Positions 50,001 through 63,660 of a stretch of DNA of 64,000 bases are shown here, piece after piece. Numbering within the stretch: the first letter of the stretch is position 1; every line of letters starts with the position of its first letter. Source of the stretch: Azolla caroliniana (taxonomy: Eukaryota > Plantae > Polypodiophyta); NCBI GenBank assembly GCA_043228905.1, contig JBHGNT010000005.1, positions 10,106,001-10,170,000 of the forward strand. The letters run 5' to 3'. Below the pieces are notes generated by a model, which had not been told where the DNA came from, searched no databases, and was given only the letters and a program-made list of their open reading frames with translations. The position numbers and the translations under genes are program-made.

Positions 50001-52741
50001 TTAAGCTAAAGCCTATAGGTTGACATCAGCTTTCAGTAGACCTTAGATGTAGCTTTCTTTCTTTCTACAATCTTCTTTTATTCTGTCATTCTGATATAAC
50101 TTTCAAACTTCCTCATAAAAGCTTCAACATTCATTCTCTACATTTCTCAGCTGTTTATGAATACAAAGAGGAAACTTGCACTTGTACCAACAATTTGCAT
50201 CTTAAACTAATGCCTATAGGTTGACCTCAGCTTTCAGAAGACTTAAATGTAAATGTAGCTTTCTTTCTTTCTTTCTACAATGTTCTTTTATTCCGTCATT
50301 CTGATATAACTTTCAAACTTCCCCATAAAATCTTCAACATCCATTGTCTACATTTTCTCTCTGTCTCCTCTGTGTTTTAAAGTGGCCTCTTGCATGCTCC
50401 CTCGATATAACTCTTCATCCTCAACCTCATTATTTTTGACAACAATGTTTTAAACTCATGATGGCATGCATCAGAGATAATTATGAATACAGTTATTATA
50501 TTCCCTTGTTTGCTATCACAATATATGAACAAACCATCACATGTCCCTTAATCTCTCCAATTACTGTTGATAGATACCATATTCTTACTATTATTTCAAT
50601 AGTTGAATGGATTTCTAGAAATAAATAGTACAAGAGAAGTCTTGCGTTGTTTATTTTAGTGGATGTTCTTTTTTCACATAATAACAAAGATTATTCTTGA
50701 GATATGTTTCAATCGAAATTTCCAAATGTGTGATCAGGCATACAAAAATTGCCAATTTCCCACAACAATAAGAATTCAACCTACACACTCATGCCTCCAA
50801 AATGCTGTAATGAAGAAGGAACGTGATGGATATAAGCTATAATTTTATGTTTCCTTGCTAGTGTTTTGTATCTACAATGTATTTGGGGAGATCAGTACTT
50901 TTTGTTTAATTTAAGAGCAGAAATAGCAATACCTCCACATTAGATTGTAAGATCAAAGAAATACCTCTTCACTAAAAAACGAGAAAAATAGCATATCTAA
51001 ATTCTCCTATATCGCAATACTTCCATACTAGATTGCAAGATCAAAAACGAAATACCCCTTACTTGAAAATGAAAACTATAGCATACCTGGTCTTGTGGGT
51101 TGATGATGGAACCACGTTCATCTCACTAAGACATTCGTCTTGTTTTGCTGGATCTAATGGCAGATTATATGTTAGATCTGAAAGAAGACTGTCAGCAGCA
51201 CCGTTAAATGAACTGAAGGGGCTGCTACTGTTAGCAATTCCCGAGCCTCCAAGCAGAGCTTGCAAGTGTGCCTCTCGGTACTCCTTGCTGAACATTGCAA
51301 GAGTAGATCCAGAGGGCCTCCTAAATCTTCTCCTCCTTTGAATGTGGAAAACTTGTCAAAGAAACACATCTCTGCATACATGTATGCATACGAATATAGA
51401 TTAAGGACGCAGAGTAGTTATTCTAGTAGTTTGTGCCTTTGCCCTATAAGGCACATGCTGTTAGTTCAAATACCACCATCACCACAGAGGGCAAATGCAT
51501 ATATAACTACGCAGAAAGACATTCATGCCTAAAATTAGAGATTTTTTTATGAAGAAGGATATCTTGAAAAGTTGGCCATGATGAAGAGTCAAATGCCCCA
51601 CCATATCCTTCGGAACCTTCAACGCACAGACTGGACATGCCTACATTATGAAATAAAGAAGTGAGATTGAGGAAGCACATGTAAAATGATGTAGATCGTA
51701 GTCATAAAAGTGACCTAAAATGGCCATGAAGAGAAACAAAAAGATTGGAGCATGTCAGAGGCACAGAGCAAAACAGTTCAAATAGAAGCAAAATCAATTG
51801 AATGGATGAAATTTTGATAGAACGGATGCAAAAAAGATAGGACAGATGGATAATAGATGAGATAAAAGTTGCATATTTTTACCACTCCTTTGGATTCAAA
51901 CATGTGTTCCTCTTCCAAATGGGTGCAGAGGGCTGATATTTCAAACTCTTCATAGCAGTAAGGGCAAGCAAATTCCGGTCGAATGTCATCATCCCCTCCT
52001 TCAATTTCATCTATTCCCCCAAGATACTCTGCATGCCACCAATCATCTCCATCTATTAGAAACTATTTCAAACCCTTCATCTATGGATTCATGGAGGTCT
52101 TCTCTCAAATAAACATAAAATTATGGTAGAATAATAAGCACAATCATCTCACTCTAAGAGATTTGCGGAGATGTTATTCCAAGTTTTTCTTCTGTGCTAT
52201 CAACCAGTTTGCTTTAGGAAAACCTCACAATTTAGGAAGCCAATAAAATTAATCTTTCTGAGAGGAAGAGAGGAGCACTACGATAGTAGTACAATCACTT
52301 CATCTAAGTATTGATCAATTGTTTTCACAAGAACAAAACTTTAGGGACCATGGGCAATCGTCTATTTCTAAGACAGTGATTGCCATGTTTTTACATAACA
52401 CTTCTTCTGAGTAATGGTCAGTTTTCTTTCCAGGAAAGAAAAATTTTAACGAAGAAATATAATCAGCTCTTTCCATTACAAAAGTCGTTCTGCAGATGGA
52501 TTCGCTTGTATTTAGGAAACACAAAGAAAAATAAAAATGGAATAGAAATTCCATTTCTGTAATAAAATTTTAGGGTTCAGATTTCCATAGCCGAAACCAG
52601 GAAAGTTACTCATTTTGCTTCATAGAAAAATAAATAAAAGAGAATAATAATAAAAATCTTACCCCACTGATGATTCTGAGATTGGATAATGTGCTGGCGT
52701 TTAGAAGCAAAAAGGCGAGCAGCCCATGGATCTGCATCCAT
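44072..52741 (-). CDS. DI19: Di19 (drought-induced 19) zinc-finger protein, about 229 aa; exons 52663-52741, 51883-52028, 51563-51640, 51087-51343, 44072-44201
   Basis: [46 protein letters not shown] and C-terminal [17 protein letters not shown]. Splice phases are consistent (690 nt). Confidence 0.9.
46600..49460. mobile_element. scrambled Ty1/copia remnants in Di19 intron 4
   Basis: RT ([15 protein letters not shown]) on plus, gag ([12 protein letters not shown]) on minus, integrase tail ([14 protein letters not shown]), RT ([16 protein letters not shown]) and integrase core (PKQNG) on plus. Confidence 0.85.
49958..50360. repeat. about 201-bp tandem duplication (intronic)
   Basis: GAATACAAAGAGGAAACTTGCAC occurs at 49958 and 50159 with colinear downstream sequence. 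Confidence 0.8.
51344..51562 (-). other. U12-type AT-AC intron (Di19 intron 3)
   Basis: 5' site ATATCCTT, branch-like TTCTTTGAC about 11 nt before the terminal AC; joins FK to IQRRRR in frame. Confidence 0.9.
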
Positions 52742-53897
52742 CGCCGAGGAATAGAAGAAGAGCAAGAAGAAAAACAAATACGGATTTATGTAGCGATAGA
52801 GATGGAGATTCGAGGTGGGTTTTCTGTTTTCTTCTGTTTCTGAGTATTATCTCTCTTTTTTATTCGTGTGGGTGGTCGGCTATGGCGGTTCAGAGGTCCT
52901 TTTTCTCCTCCTCCTCCTCCTCCTTATTCTTCTTCTTCTTCTGTAGTCTTGTATCACACACTCCATTTTACAAATCATGAACACATATAGTTATATGGAG
53001 AGTCCACCGACAATTGTCCACCTCTTAGGAGAAAACCCATCCTTTCCTTGTCAAATTGCTTACCATTGGTCAAGTCACACTCTAAAATGCCATATGTCCA
53101 TTTGATTGTCAAAGGGTTGTCCCTCCATTCATCTCCGGGCAATGAATGGCCAAGGAGTCAGGACATTTCTTTGGTGTCCTTGCTTAGTGCTTGTGTCGTC
53201 TATGGGTCATGATTGACATCTTATGGTTCCCTAGATATATGATCAGTTCAATGCTTTATCATCGATAGGTCACTGCAGTTGGGCGTTATAGTTGTTTCCA
53301 CGTGCCTCATCCTCTTTTTGTAATAATTTGGTCTTGTAGTTGTTTCTTGGATCTGTTGTCAAGAATATATAGTTGCATTATCAATTTGGTCATGCCCATA
53401 TCAAATGTTGCTCGAGGAGAAATGTGCATCTTCCAAACAAGTCCTAGTGGTTGTCCCTTTGAGTTACTTATTGGATGGATTGTTGTTTTGTCAACAAGAT
53501 TCAAAATGTTCTCTATAGAAAAAGGCACCCCTTAAGTCTTAAAATTGGCATCCTTGACTAAATCATCATGTGAATGCTTGTAATGTCCTTAAACCATGAC
53601 AAGAGAGTTGGCATATGGGAAATCCACACTTTTAGGACAAATTTGCATACTTGATCACCTTGGGTATCTAGTTTCATAACGATTCTTGAACAACTTATGA
53701 GTTGTGACAAGATCAAATATGATAACACTCTTATGAAAATCACTCTCTTCTAATCAAGTATGAAAGTTTGTTCCCTTTACTTTATCCAAACATACTCTCA
53801 AGTAAGTTCTTTTATTATTTGTTTGGGTTGTGACAAGTTCAAATGTCTTGCTAGGGGAAAAAATGCATATTGCTCTGACTAAGTATTATGGTTGGCT

Positions 53898-54150
53898 CCT
53901 TAAGAATGCTTGTATCATCCATAGTTGCTAGTAGTATCAAATGTCACCCCCTCTATACATTATCAATATCGAAGGGCACTCATATCTTTGAAAGGAAAAC
54001 ATATTTCTCTCTTATTGTTACTTTGTTCCTTAAGAATGCTTGTATCATCCATAGTTGCTAGTAGTATCAAATGTCACCCCCTCTATACATTATCAATATC
54101 GAAGGGCACTCATATCTTTGAAAGGAAAACATATTTCTCTCTTATTGTTA
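53898..54150. repeat. 130-bp near-perfect tandem duplication
   Basis: TAAGAATGCTTGTATCATCC... at 53901 and 54031. Confidence 0.9.
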
Positions 54151-55438
54151 TTTTGTTCCTTGATTCGTATTGTGGGGTGGCCATGTGAGGCGCCATGTGC
54201 GTAATTTGCCCACCTACGAAGGTAGAAGAGGTTCCCATTCTTGTGTATACCACAATGTCATCCCTAATCAAACCATTTTTTATTACATGCTCCACCCATT
54301 CATTCCTTACAACTCAAGTAGTATGATGTAATTTTAATTGAATGTGTTACGTCATTTCATGCCATGCTATATAATGCTAGGAAAACACAAAAAGGATCAG
54401 CCATTATTTTAGAGGTATGATTGTCAATGCATGCATATACACCAAGATGTCCCTTATTTTTAACACCAAGATGTGCCTCATTTTTAATAAATAAGTGGGG
54501 ACACCACTCACATTCTCATGGATGAGTATCCATATTTTGTAGTGTATGATATCAACATCTCATGGATACATTCTCAAATGCACCACTTCTTGCTGCAACT
54601 CACAGATGGATTAATTGCATAGCAATATGATTATAATCAATTGTTTATTTCGCAATAATCTTTGAAACAAGACATTCATAGAAACTTTCAATACAACTGA
54701 GAAATTCATTAAGAATGGGGTGCAGGGTTTTATTATCCAATGATACATATATGGTTCTATTAGTGTCAGGTTAAGAATCAAATGTCTCTATAGGTGTTAC
54801 AACTAAGATTCAATATCACTCATAGAATTACAATTACAGTTTCATACTTCTGAATTTGCAGATGATCAACTGTATCCCCCATGATTCTCCAAATGGCATC
54901 GAATCGAGCAAGGACGGCAAGAATAAGTTTGGTTTCCAGCCATCCATCATCTCTTCTTGTAGCTAATCAGAATGTGTTAATGTTACTTACAAGATCCACG
55001 AGTGAGTATAATCCAGACTACATATCAATTCCAATGATTCTGCAGCCTCGAAGACTTGGAATGGCATGAGATCTATATTTTGATTGATGCACTAGCTTTG
55101 CTCTCATGCCTTCAGGGACTTTGCGCTCTCATGTATGTGGCAAACATAGTATATTAACAGACCCATATACTTTTTGGTTCAAGTCTTCTTATCATATTAT
55201 CCTTATCGAGAAGATATGGATAGCTTTTGATAAGTTCCAAACTTGCCCCAACTTTCTTCCAAAAAGGTAGATAATGTATATAGGCAATATATATCTTAGG
55301 ACTTCACTATTTCTTTATCAGAGAAACATTCACAAGGCATCAAAACTTCCACTACTATTATTGGCAGAAGTTTATCCACTGTTAACCCCGAATGCTTGAA
55401 ACCTCAGCTTGCACGGCCATTTTTTCGTAGTGAGCATG

Positions 55439-57588
55439 TTAATGATTCACAACAGCTTGTGCAATCTTCTGATGGAGATGGAATTTTTGTGAAATTAACG
55501 GTCGTACATCATCTACACCAACTAGAGACTCCAAAAATGGAAGAAGTTGTATTAGTCCAGTATCAGACTTATCATCAAACCAACTCTCAACTGGAATGCC
55601 ATTGTCAACTTGAAACCCAAATGCCTGCAAAATAAAGCCAAACATAGAGCTTCATATTCTACTTTCATATAGTCAGAAGGCCTTTGGACATCATTAGTAT
55701 GAATGTACAGAGTGTGTACTCCGTGAGTTGCAGAGGGTGCCTTTCTAGTGAAGCAAATGCATGCAAGCGAACCATATCAGATTACATTTACATAAAAATG
55801 CATGTGCAAACTACATTGCATTCAATAATTTTCTGATGTGTTTTGAAGAAGAATTAGTGAAGTGAAGTTTTCTCAAGTTCTGCATCTCCTTATACCTGGG
55901 GAGAATTGTCGACAATCGCCACCTTGGAGAGGTCACGACCTAAGATGGTTAGATCTTTCAAATAGTTTCCATCAACAAAAATGCAAGAGTCTCGAAAAAC
56001 ACGATGCTGAATTAGTTTTCCTTGTGGATCTAGGATATCAAGTAACTTCTCGGCATATATACTCTGACTTGCTGTAAACACAATTATTTCAAATAATTGT
56101 GCAACTCTCTCCATAAACATATGTAAATGAGGCCTGCATCTTACATAGACAGTGTATTCCTGAGAATTGATCATTAGAGGAAAGGTAAAATCAGCATCTT
56201 CAGAATACTCCAGGGTTGAATGTATCAATGTCTCTGTAAAAATAACGACAAGAATACACACGTAAGGAAATGAATATATGTATGTATGTGTGTGTGTACA
56301 CACACACACTGAGAAATGAATTAACATTGATTAAAGTGCAAAATGTACCATCAAGATCTAAAACAAGGGTAACAGGTGGACAGCCTGCAATTGGCTTTGG
56401 TACCAAAATAGGAGGGCAGCCCAATGCTCCCACTTCAGAAAGATCAGGCAATTGTTTGATAAATAAGTAAGGATCAAAGTCATCCAGATCGTCATTAACT
56501 TCAATTTGGGTGATAACAGGATTCCTATCCAATGCCCTAGATTGCTGTACAGCAAGGTATAAAGATGCTTCATCTGAATTCAAAAACTCATCCTCTAGGT
56601 GATGTTCTGCCGTTTGCATCGTATACCTATTCTCAACCTCAAGTTCCCATTCCATGTATGTTGAACCTAAGTCAAAAACTGATTGTTCCTCAAGTACTTC
56701 ATCTTTGTTAGCAGGCACGGAACTAATAGGATCAATGGTCACCGCCAGAGATACATCATCTGATACCGATGAAGCTCCTAGATCAATTAAGTTCTTCTCA
56801 GATATTGGATCTGAGACCACGCAAACCTGGCCTTCCTTCTCATCGGGTCTAAGATCACCACAACTGCACATATCACCACCATCTTGGATTTCAAGCTTAC
56901 TTTGCACATCTTCTAGTTTCTCATTCACATCATCAGCAGCTTCAACTGTAAATCAGTTTAACGATTGCATGAACTCAGAAACTTCAAATTGGGAAGCATT
57001 CTAAAACAAAAATAAGAAAAACCAACTAGCCATTCAACAGAAAAACATACCACTGGTTGACGAGCTGTTTGTAGTATCTCCACTGAACAAATGAAAAATG
57101 GGTGGAAAGAACGTGCTCAAGGGTGCATCCTATATAACATCAATTGAAATGTTTGAAGGTATCATCTTGTTATATTCTGCAAAGATTAAGGTTAAGGTGT
57201 CTGAACCTTAATACTATATCGACAAATAACTTACCTCATGATCAGAAGATGTTGCATTAATACTAGAAAAGGCTAGCCTTAGGTCACAAGAAGCATCATA
57301 TGGATTTCCATCAAAAACACCACATGAAATACTGTTCTTTCGCATTCTTTTTCTACAAAAACTACGGTGCGTTGTTGATGCATTACAGGAACCTTACAAA
57401 CGAGAACAAATTCAGTTTCCATGCGAAACACTCAGAGCAAAGAGAAGAAACTGGTATTAAAAAGAAAACATGCATTCACCTTGTCGATCTTTCTTGGAGG
57501 GAGATGTAATTACAGAAGTGAGTGCAAATTTCCTGTTTTCAACAGCAGTGTCATTTCTCTGAGAATCTTCCCTTTTCTTTCCTTTCAT
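55439..57588 (-). CDS. SCP1-like / CTDSPL2-like CTD small phosphatase (FCP1/NIF HAD domain), about 488 aa; exons 57480-57588, 57235-57392, 57051-57129, 56349-56945, 55896-56233, 55439-55624
   Basis: TLVLDLDETLIHS (DxDxT), YVRCRPHL, FTASQSIYA, YLKDLTILGRDL, VDNSPQAFGFQVDNGIP. GT-AG phases are consistent; the N-terminal exons are less certain. Confidence 0.87.
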
Positions 57589-58860
57589 GTTTGTACACGC
57601 CTAAGGTCTTCAATCTCTAGTTTGCTAGGGAGAAAAATTCTCTCCGGCATCTGACGAATTCGCTGGCAAATTAAGACAACAATTAGTTAAAAACCCAAAT
57701 CTTCAGAATCAGATAAGAACATCTAAAACAAACCAATACTCTACAAGGCATGCGAGCTGAAGGTGTATTTCACCAGAAAAGAGAATACATAGGGCTTCTG
57801 AAAAACTCAATGCCATCTTACTGTCAATGTGTAATATATAAGAAGATTTATAAGGAATTACGGCAGAGAAAAAGGGAATCGTTCAGAAGGAGCTTGATTG
57901 TGCAACAGATATATCACCAAATAAAGATCTGAAAGAAAGAATAAACGCCAGATTTCTATGCAGTACTGTAGAGAATAAAGGGAATCGTTCAGAACAACTT
58001 GCTTTGCTGCAGTGAATGTGCCATCAAATCACCGGAAAAGCGTAATAATGTGAAGAAATGAATAATGTATTTCATTGAAACAGAAAAGAAATAGGGTTCA
58101 CAAAACAGTCAAGGTCAGAAAGATGAGCAAGTGAAGGAAAATTCTGTACAGAAGACATATCAGATTCGATTAGATTAGAACATTTTTAGCGTCCATAGGG
58201 AGGCCAATCTAAGAGAGAATTATTTGTTACATTAGATTTGGCAAAACATGACAGGACATGTCACACATATTTCTGTAGAATGAAGAGAATCAAACATAAA
58301 GAGGTCGTTTTGCTTCGATATGTATATGGCTACATGAAGATCTGAAAGAAATCATGTAAAACAAATGGGTATTATCGTGAAAATAAGGGGGAAATGAGTA
58401 TTACAGTGAAATTAAGGAAACAATGAGCATCTCCATGAAATACCGTCAAGATTTTTAAAAAAAATCGTATGATTTATGTTGAGAAAACAGCAAATCCCTC
58501 ATAAAAAGCTTGATTTATTTTCAATGGAGGTATAGTCCAACAAAAATCAGAAAGAATCATGTTCGTATTTCAGTAAATACGAATTGAATAACTAAGGATT
58601 CTAGCACAATCAAGTTAGTTTTCCTGTATGACGGGCAAATTAGACAGATTTGAGTAGAGAAAACAGAGAATCGTTCAGAAGGAGCTTGATTTGCTTATTT
58701 ATATATGTTTCTAACACAGATATCAGAGAGACCAGGTGTATCTCTGTCAAATGGAGAAGAAAAACTCAAAATGAAGAACATTACTCAGGCTAATCATCCT
58801 GTATAGAGAACCAAGGAATCCCGGAGAGAAGGAAGAGAAGAGAGGACGAGAAGAGAGGAC

Positions 58861-58911
<51 letters not shown>

Positions 58912-59103
58912 GGATTGATGGAGAGTAGACCGAGGAAGAAAAATGAGCTCGATTTGTTTCTTTTTCGATTTCTGTTGAAGCAGAAAGTGAGAGTTACAAC
59001 GAATTGAATCGGAGGAAGAAAAAGAAAGGAATAACATACCTGGAAGGAGAAGAAGATCTGGCAATGGGGCGAGATACAGAAATCGGATGGGATGGGGTGC
59101 TCT

Positions 59104-59142
<39 letters not shown>

Positions 59143-62100
59143 GCAGGCAGAGAGGGAGAGAGAGACGCACAGAGCAGCAACAGAGCAGAGAAGAAAATGA
59201 AGAAGAAGAAGAAGAAGAAGAAGAAGAAGAAAAGGGGGAGAAAAGGAGGAGAGAATCGGCTTCTTCTTCTTTATTCAGAGTCGAGTCAAGCTCTGGGAGG
59301 ACGGTTTCACACTCGTCCGGACAAGAACTCCTCCCCTCTTTTGTCCAGGGCACTTGCTTGTGTGTGTGTGTGTGTGGGGACACGACTTCTTGACCGGACA
59401 AAACCACCGGACTCATTCCATTCACATATCAAGTCAATGCCTTCACTTTCCCTTCCTCTCTACTACATACAACATATCTCCATTAGCCTTGCCCCCTTGT
59501 TTCCTACACAACCTCCCGGTTTGTCTGTCCGACACAAAAAAAAATAAGATACCGACTCCTCCTTCTTCACCCTTGTCTAGAAAACAAGATACAACCTATC
59601 TCGGGTTGAATGATGCAACTTTCTCTCTTTGAGGAAGTAAACTTGGCAAACATGGCCTCGTAAACTTATGGGAAGAACTGAAAGTTCTCAACATATGAAT
59701 GCAACCTTCTCTCTCCTTGTATCTCTAGCCTCGAACAATGAGAATTCTTAAGCAACCAGCTGTAGTTACGTTAGCCACTTGCTTGTCGCCATTTTATTTT
59801 TCTTGTGCTCCATTACTTGTGATTCACCATTGGCGTACACTTACTCTAAACTAGGTCTTTATATTAAGGATTCTAGTACTTCGGGAACTTTTGTTTAATC
59901 GATCAGAGATTCGTTGTTGATGCATGCCGGAAATATATGCAAGTTCATAGGAACTAGAGGAAAGTATACATTGATGTCATATATTAGGTATTTCCAAATA
60001 CACAAATCTTAGACACTCGACTTACATTCGGTAGCACTTCATGAATGAAGACACCTTTTCCTAGATCATGGCAATAACCTATTTCACGTCATTCATTTGA
60101 GATCAATCAATCCTTTCCTTTTGGATCTTACATTGTGATGTAAACATTTGAGGGTGATAAAATGAGAGTATATCCTGGTCGAATGAGAGAACATTTTGGT
60201 GCTCTTGGGAAGGGTTTTGAGCTTTTTCAAACCCCAGTTTTGAATAAGCAAAAGTATTCAAGTTCTACATTTTGTCAAACTCCAAAGGTTGTGGATCTTC
60301 CACCATACTAATGTCTTTGAACAACATAATGATAAAAGGGATCCATCCGTTTTCCTATGAAAGAAATCTACAATCTGGTTTCATTGCTAGGATATGTGCA
60401 TCTACCTAGTGGCATCAACCAAATCTCAAATGGAAAGTTGTGTTTCATTTTGTAATATTGTTAACTCCCAATCTAATTTGCACAATTTACTTTTTGCCAT
60501 GGTTGTATGTTCATTGACTTTGACATTCATTGGTGTGCCTTTTGTAGTGTTTATTCATGTTATCAACATAACATCTCTAGGTTCACAACTTCTCAGGATT
60601 CTTGGAAAGCAAGACTCCCTGAGTGTAAATTGATTGACTCAAATTTGCATGCGTAGCTGTTTTTTAGGCAAATCGACCCACTTGCTATATATGCGCATCA
60701 ATTGGCACACGGAGTTTTGGGTGACATGGCCCTAATTAATGTGATTGATTTTGTTCCTAAAGTATCCTAAAAATATAATGCGCAACATCTTGGCTAATGC
60801 AACTTGATTATTGGCTCACCTTATTCATTGCACAATAATATTGTTTATAACTAGAAATACAAACACATCATTAGTTCTTCACTTATTATCCAGTACAAAC
60901 ATCCAAGAAAATATTATCAAAGCCACCTTGCTTCATGTATGCATTATGGCATTAGGGTATTGAAATTCTTGTCCATATGGTGCCTTGTCAGATATCCTCA
61001 TTTTCTCTTTCACAAACAACAACTTGAACTTTTTCTTAATAAGTCTTATTAGTTGCACGCTTTATGCATATGTGATAAACAATTAGCAATGTGTACTAGT
61101 TTCTTGGTTGGCACTATCTATGTACATCATATTTAAATGTGGCAATAGCAGATTTTATTAGAAGAATGAGATATTGGAAACTTAGATTAAGGGTGCTTAA
61201 CAATGTTTACTAGCCTCAAGCAAAGGACAAGAGACAAACATAATACCCCCATTGACACCTAGTACCATTGAATATGGCTTTACATTATACCTTGTAAATA
61301 AGGCAATTGAAGGATCCAAAACATGTGAGCTTTGCATGGTTGACAAAATCTCAACAACATGTTGGAGAGTTTGTGTCAAAGGGAGTATCTAGTTCCCTAG
61401 GCTGCTACATGCCCCTAGATTCTTATGGAATTTCCTAAGTCCTAGGATAATCGGTTTCCCATTTATCCTACCCCTTGAACCCAAAAATTGCTTCATAAGA
61501 TTATGCCCATAATAGCACACTTTATGTTGTAGAAAAGCTTGCAAACACACAACTTGCTTTATGTGCAAAAAGTACACTCGTGATTTCCACCATTACATTT
61601 AGATAGTTGCTTAGATCCTTTGGGCTTCATCATGGTGACTAACCACTTCACATACCTTCCTCAAAACATATTATCAATGGATTGTTTGTTGAGGATATGG
61701 TGGTGGGTAGTGGATGATGATGATGTGCCCTGCAATAAGATGTGTATAGCAAAAAACATAGATATGAAACAAGAAGAGAGATAGAATATGGACGCAACTT
61801 TAGAGCTTCAATGGAAGTTCTTATTCTCTCTCTCTCTCTACAACTCTTACACTCCAATATTCAAGATTATATTTGTTACAATGTTAGGGTTGAGCTTATA
61901 TACTCAAGCCCTAGTTAGAGGATGTGTTCACACTAAGGATACAAAGTGGAAGGAGTCGGCCTTTTATGCCAACATTGTTGGCCATAAATATGTTAGCACT
62001 TCACCAGTTGCTTCGTAACAACCTAATTCAATCAAAGACATAAGAGTTCTATAAGAGGACAATTTTCTTTTTGAGTAACAAAGAGTAATGTGTGATCATT

Positions 62101-62271
62101 ATCTCCAAGAGAGTGCCTTCTCATAGTTTTCTCTTGAAGCAAAATATTCACTTGCACCTTCGTCATTTACCGAGGCACAAAAATTATTGTTGAGAGATGA
62201 AGCTCAACTTAGTTTAGTTAGTTAGTCAACCATGTAACTTCGTAGTTACCTAGATAGAATCTAGTTAGAAG

Positions 62272-62520
62272 TGTTGACTATAACGCCTTAAATAGGACCT
62301 TGTACTTAAGTGGGATATTCTAGATCCTCCACTCCCAAGTACATTTAATATAGGACTTACACCCTTGTACCTATATTCTCCTCACACATGTGCACCCTTG
62401 CACATGAGATCTATATATACCTAATTGTGAGTATTTTTGTATTTGATGATACTAATTTAATATAGAGTTAATCATCCCCCATCTTGTGTTGTTCATAAGT
62501 GTTAACTTCCTCTCTCTTTT

Positions 62521-62554
<34 letters not shown>

Positions 62555-63414
62555 CACTTAATCTTTCGCTTAGCTTAATCACATAATTAGGCACTAATTA
62601 ACCTTGCTTAATTACCTAATTCTTAACATGGTATCAAAGCATGTGGTTTAAAAAATCTACGAAGCCACCCGACTCCATGCTTGTGTGTTCGAGACGCCAA
62701 CGACAAAATCTGGCTATCGGCTACCGTAGTGCCACTACATAGCACGTGTACGTGATCGAACGAAGAAAAGCAAAAGAATAGAAGACAATAATCAAAATGA
62801 ACACACAAATGGGTAGCTCGCTTCCTAGTGAAAAGCTAGACCAGAGCAATTATTCATCTTGGGAGTACAAGATGAACCAATACCTCGTCGGCCAAGGGTA
62901 TTGGAGCTACATCAACGACGCTCAAGAAAATTGACCTATCCCAAAGAATGTTGACTACTCAATATGGGGGCAAGTAGCGAGTCGAGTCATGTATTGCTTG
63001 GCAACATGTGTCCACAACCACATGCGTAGCCACATTCGAGACACCAAGAGGCCCAAAGAGGCATGGGAGAACTTAACGAAAATGTTCGCCGCCAACACGA
63101 CCGCCTGAAAGCTTCAACTCCAACAAGGATTGAACAACATTCGACAGGAAGACATGTCCGTGTCGGACTACACTGCCAAGATCAAGAGCATTTGCGATTC
63201 GCTTGACTCCATCAAAATAAACATTGACGAAGACGAGATGGTTCAAGTATGCTTGGGGGGCCTCGCACAACGATTCGACTCGTTGAGGACGACAATCTTG
63301 GCAAGGGAAAACCCTCGTTCGTTCTTCGACCTTCAATCAATGTTAATGGTTGAAGAGAACCATGTCCAGACCAAAATGAAGACATCGAAAGGACAAATGT
63401 TCTTCTCAAATTCG
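62272..63414 (+). mobile_element. decayed Ty1/copia 5' end (LTR about 62272-62628, tRNA-iMet PBS, gag with stops)
   Basis: TG..CA block followed by TGGTATCAAAGC at 62629; gag EKLDQSNYSSWEYKM..EDEMVQVCLGGL resembles the intronic gag at 47.0-47.8 kb. Confidence 0.8.
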
Positions 63415-63492
63415 TGTTGGGAGACAGGTCCCTCCGGATGGGAAGGGAGAAGAACAGTGCTGATGAACAAACTCGGCCGAGGCCGAAACCGT

Positions 63493-63660
63493 ATGAGGAG
63501 TACCCGGCTACGGAGAGCCGGATGATGCAGACCCGGTGAAGACCGGATGAGGAGTACCCGGCTACGGAGAGCCGGATGGTGCAGACCCGGTGAAGACCGG
63601 ATGAGGAGCACCCGGCTACGGAGAGCTGGATGGTGCAGACCCGGTGAGGAATGCTCACCG
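63493..63660. repeat. 54-bp tandem repeat x3, in a probable LTR starting TGTTGG at 63415 and running off the window
   Basis: ATGAGGAGYACCCGGCTACGGAGAG at 63493, 63547 and 63601; TATA-like element downstream near 63740. Confidence 0.75.

Noticed and set aside
58747-59632. ORFs with poly-Glu, poly-Ser and ER repeats
   Set aside because: They come from (GA)n and (GAA)n microsatellites in the likely 5' UTR and promoter of the phosphatase gene.
59700-62250. Possible decayed DNA transposon (also 53000-53900 and 39800-40900)
   Set aside because: No termini, TSD or convincing transposase motif could be established by eye.
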